Assembly (NCBI GenBank): GCA_001643675.2
Contig: LSRY02000016.1
Span: forward strand, 992,001 to 1,056,000
Direction: 5' to 3'
From: Monocercomonoides exilis PA203
Taxonomy: Eukaryota > Protista > Preaxostyla
Length of the DNA stretch: 64,000 bases
Below are positions 59,730-64,000 of this stretch, piece by piece (position 1 is the stretch's first letter; every line of letters begins with the position of its first letter). Under the pieces are notes generated by a model that was not told where the DNA came from, searched no databases, and saw only the letters and a list, made by a program, of their open reading frames with translations. Both the position numbers and the translations under genes were made by a program.

Positions 59730-62700
59730 ATGGAGCGAATCAACAAACGCAAGGAGCAGGTTTGCTCCTCGATAATGAGTATTGATTGTCAAGTATATGT
59801 GGTTTTAGATCAAACTTCGCCAACAATTTTATTTCTATAACATACCATTGTCCGCAGTGTAGATGACACAAGATACTGTTAGAATGCCAAATCGAGAAGG
59901 CAAGGACAGAGGATTTGATCATATACACAGACTTTCAAGAGTAGAAAACATGATCGAAGAAATTACCAGAAGCCAAACATGGCCAATGCAGTCCGGAGCC
60001 ACGGGAATGTTACCAATGAGAAAGGTGAAGAGGGAACGACTGAAAAGAAGAAGCAGATCGAGATCAAGCGAGTCGGAGTCGGATGAAAATTTTTTTAGAA
60101 TCTGATCGCGAGAGGGAAACAACAAAAGCGTGAGAGATTACGGCGTACATACATCCGAATGAAGAGACGGGGAGACGAAGAGAACAGTGACTGGGATTTG
60201 GCAGAGTTGGAACGGCAAGAAGAAATGGAAGGAACAAAAGACTTCATCAGAATCTTTCCCTGGGAGTGGTTGACACACCTGAGACAGGCGAGCGAGTTGA
60301 GGAAGTTTATTGAATTTTGCAAAGCTGGCTCGATAAGAATGAGCGATGACATATTATATACATTTATTCCGGAGAGCGAGAAGGAATTTGTCACGGTACA
60401 CACGGATACAAGCTGGAACGCGCTAGCCAGAACAGCCATCACAACAAATGGGAGAAGAGATTCACCAGAAGCGAGCCGAGCAATTGAACTCCTCCAGCCT
60501 GCCCTAGAATCGGGCTTTGAAGCAGAGAAAGCGATCGCAGCACTAACAGTAAAGGAACAAGAGAAGGCGCACCTCATGGAAGAGGAGAAAGAACGACTGA
60601 GAGGACTGTTTTGTGCCTATGCGCTTATTGCCGAAGGTATCAGCAGAATAAACATACTGAAAGTGATACCCCAATCGGGTTGGGAGAGCGCGAAAGGCTT
60701 TTAAGAAAGTGGAATGTCCAAAGAGGTGAAAGAGAACCTGAAGAAGCTGGTAGAGAGCACAAGCTTTTTTCAAGCAGAGGGAGATCAATAGGATACGGTG
60801 CATCTCCCGACTCCACAACAGGTTTCGGGCCTGCAACCGCCAGAAGGGGACTCCCGAGAATATATAGTTCGGGAAGGAGCACCCAGGGTTTTGTATTCAG
60901 ACAGCTCCAGAGAAGGGGAAAAGGAAAAAACTTCACATGTTTCAGAGGGAAGAAGAGGACACACCAGTTCCAAGCACAGTTTGTCCCAACCATCGCTGGG
61001 AGGCCATTCCCTATCATTGGACCGTCGCCCCCATCCCCACCAAGGACTCAAGGAGGTACTGTAGTGGATTCAACAATTGGAGCAAGTGAAAGGTCGTAGG
61101 AGTAAGGAGGAAAAGAGAGCCGCGCTTTGCCGCGAGACCGAGAGAATAGAGAGAGAGTCCATTTCCAGCAAAATGATTACACAACAAGAAACCGCAGCTC
61201 TTTGCGAGATGAGATCAGAGACGGAAGTTCCGAAACAGTTCGTGAATATCGGAAATGTGGTGAGTTGGATTGATCAAGAGAAGAAAAGAGCACGGGAAAC
61301 CACAGTGAATCGCGCGATGGGGATATTGAGAGAAGAGGCGCAACACGAGACAACGAAAACAGAAGAAGACTCTGCATATCCCCGAGTGAAGGAACAGACG
61401 AGCGAGAGGAGGAACGAGAAGAGTGTTTTGAGAGCTTCTGGGACTGTTACAGAGCCTCCAGTTGGGACTGCTCGGGAGGAGAACTCGTAGACAGTTATTG
61501 AAGATATTCTCGAAGGGGAAGAGTATACACAGATTCAGTTTGGCCACAAGACGCCAGAAGTGAAGAGGAGCGTAGCAAGTGGATCACCGAAGGAGCCACT
61601 TCCGGGGAGACTAGTGAACAGACTGAGCGAGTGGAAGAAGATTGGGGAAGACAAACAAGTGAGCCGTGGTATAAGAGCTCAATGGAAAAGTCCCCAGGAT
61701 CCGAGCTCACTCGAGGAGTGAAAACACAGACAAGAGTTTCGGGGGATGAAGGAGATGATGAACAATTATTTATCCCTCTTGGAGGAGGAGTTGAAGGATG
61801 GAGTTGTGAAGCCCATATAGGAGTCGGAGGTGAAGTGGTTCAACCCGACATTTATGGTGATAAAGAAAAACGGAAAGAGGAGAAAGATCCTGGATTGCAG
61901 AGCTCAAAATGAGGAAGTGCAGGGAAAACACTTCAAGATGGATTCCCAGGAGAAAGTGGTGGAACTCCTGGAGGAGAACGACTGGATGACAACTCTGGAT
62001 ATATCGCGTGCATACCAACATGTCAAAGTGGACGAGAAATTCAGTCCCTATCTGTGCTTCAGCTTCCAGAAGCAATGCTATGCTCACATAGGGATGCACT
62101 TTGGAGCAAAAGACACGCCCAGAGTTTTCACGAAGATAATGAGACTCGCAGCGTCAAATATCAAAGAACATTGGAATGTGAAGCTTGTTATACACCTGGA
62201 CGACATTCTCCTCATGCACCCAGACAGGGATGCATTAAGATCGATCTCACAGGAGATAGCCCAGTTCCTGAGAAATCTGGGCTGGATACTGTCGGAAGAG
62301 AAACTGAATTTGGAACCCGAAAGGAGCGTGTAGTTTCTGGGATGGTTGTGGAACTCAGAGAAGATGGAAGTGACGCTCCAAGAAATGAAGAGAGTGCTGC
62401 TCCTGGAGGATGTGCGAAAATGGATCGCACATGCAAAGAAAAGGAGGAGACAAAGGACGAGGGACCTAGCAGCACTCCTTGGGAGGCTGAATTTTGTGAG
62501 GTTACAACGCCCACCAGCGAGTTTGTGGATGAAGCGCAAGCAATACGTGCTGAGGCAGGCAATAGCCCTCGGGGGCTGGAAGGGAACGGTGAGAGTCAGC
62601 CCAATGATGTAAGGAGAATTAACACATTGGAGGAAAACCCTGCAAGAGAATAGACCAAGGAGTCTGAAGAGAAGGAACAGATCAGCAGAACTTACAACTG

Positions 62701-64000
62701 ACGAGTCAAAGCTTTGATGTGGTGCAATGTTAACAATACAGAAAGAGAACAAAGAGGAGAAGATGAATGTCCACGGGAGTTGGACCCTCCAGGAGAGTGC
62801 GTTAGCGATAAACGAAAAGGAGTCCAGAGCAGTGTTGAGGACTTTGATAAGGAAAGGATCATGGCTGCAACAACAGAAGATAGACCATATTCGTCTAAAG
62901 ATAGACAACATGTCTACGAGATGGACAATATAGAAGAAGAGGGGAGCGCCATCGCTCATCCCAACACTGAGAGCATTGGAGAAGAGACTGAACAGCCTGG
63001 ACATATCAATACAGACGGAACATCTCCCGGGAGAACAAAACACGGAAGCAGATGCACTCAGCCGGATTGCGAAAAAGCCGGATTATGCGCTGAAGGGTGA
63101 GAAAGTCGCAGAGATATTATAAACAATCGCACCGAGAATACCAGATACAATTTTGGAACAGATTACTTCGGTATTCCGCGGAAGTACTTGGAAACTATCC
63201 TGTCTGAGAGGGAGGAGAGAGAGAGAAATGCAAGGAAACGAGATAGTACTAGTACACCCGTTCCTGAGAAACATCGGACGGACCATGAAAGAGAAGGTGA
63301 AGGAAGCCCAGAGGGAACTTACGATTCTGATTCTGCCAGCCTGGCGGGGGCAGACCTGGACCCCGCTACTGCAGCCTGGGCATTCGATAAAGACCCTGGG
63401 GACATATCAAGAGTGCATGATACCGGGAACGAAGATGAGAAGGGAAGGCTGGAAACTACCCCCATGAGAGGTGATAAGCGTTAAACTGGAGAGGAAAATA
63501 TCCAAGGAAGGGACCTCTTCTATGCATGGGAAGAACACGTTGGAGCAAAGGACATTGCAGAATCAATTTTGAGAAATCAAAAGAGTGAAAAAGATACGTG
63601 GAGGGTGATGCTGAGATTTAAACAATTCTTGGATAGAGAGCGCATGGATGACATTGACCCCCTCACAACCAAAGATGCAAAATGGATAATGGCAGAGTTT
63701 ACCGAAACGCTTTCGAATACGAACCTCTCAAGCGGAGTGATTCATCAGACAGTACGGAAAATACTGGATTCCATCAACCTATTTAGAGAAACAAAGATTG
63801 ATCGAGAGGACATAGAAATTTTTCTAAAAACTTATGTGGGAGATAAGCCGAGAAAGGGCAAACGGTTCAAGACGATGTTATATCTTCCAATAATCACCAA
63901 ATGGGCAGAAGCCACCCATGAGATGACGGACCCACAGATCCTCCAAAGGAGAGCTCTCATCCTTACCATGATTTTTGGTGCTTTAAGTCCAGCAGAGCTG
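59730..64000 (+). mobile_element. DIRS-type tyrosine-recombinase retrotransposon (gag-like, RT, RNase H, MT-like, YR), decayed; continues beyond the window
   Basis: RT: LPGRL...W, WFNPTF...KKNGK.RKILDCR, HFKMD, TLDI..AY.H, M.FG....PR.FTK, HLDD (for YLDD), FLGW.WN. RNase H: TTDES..*CGA, INEKESRAV, IDN, HLPGEQNTEADALSR. MT-like: VHP...LILPAWRGQTW. The overlapping second frame leads into a YR box I-like LQRRALILTMIFGALSPAEL (63485-64000). Confidence 0.92.

Noticed and set aside
59730-64000. Alternative genetic code (TAA/TAG = Gln) explaining the in-frame stops in the mobile elements
   Set aside because: TGA also interrupts conserved Gly positions. Host genes (SF3B6, CTL, lipase) end in TAA, and multi-kb host ORFs contain no internal TAR.

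Overview
Eukaryotic, intron-rich, AT-rich protist DNA using the standard genetic code. The gene families and intron style resemble the oxymonad Monocercomonoides; this is inference from recall, not a search. A central block of housekeeping genes (~17-35 kb) holds WDR48/UAF1, SF3B6/p14, PUS3, a monoglyceride-lipase-like hydrolase, a CTL/SLC44 transporter and an axonemal dynein light chain p28-domain protein. Accessory regions flank it. They contain three members of a giant receptor-like family (signal peptide, Cys-rich GGAI/FxxC beta-helix modules, TM helix, degenerate kinase tail), decayed Merlin/IS1595, pogo-like and DIRS elements, a 412-bp coaxial foldback element, and a repeated helical-protein family. 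The most striking structure is two receptor paralogues set head-to-head as a large inverted repeat. They are apparently identical over at least 2060 bp but have divergent N-terminal head domains, the identity breakpoint falls at a domain boundary, and a transposase lies on the symmetry axis. A third paralogue shares a near-identical ~1 kb TM/cytoplasmic tail. This suggests a modular, recombination-diversified surface-receptor system. Also notable is a run of putative GCATG (GC-AG) intron donors.
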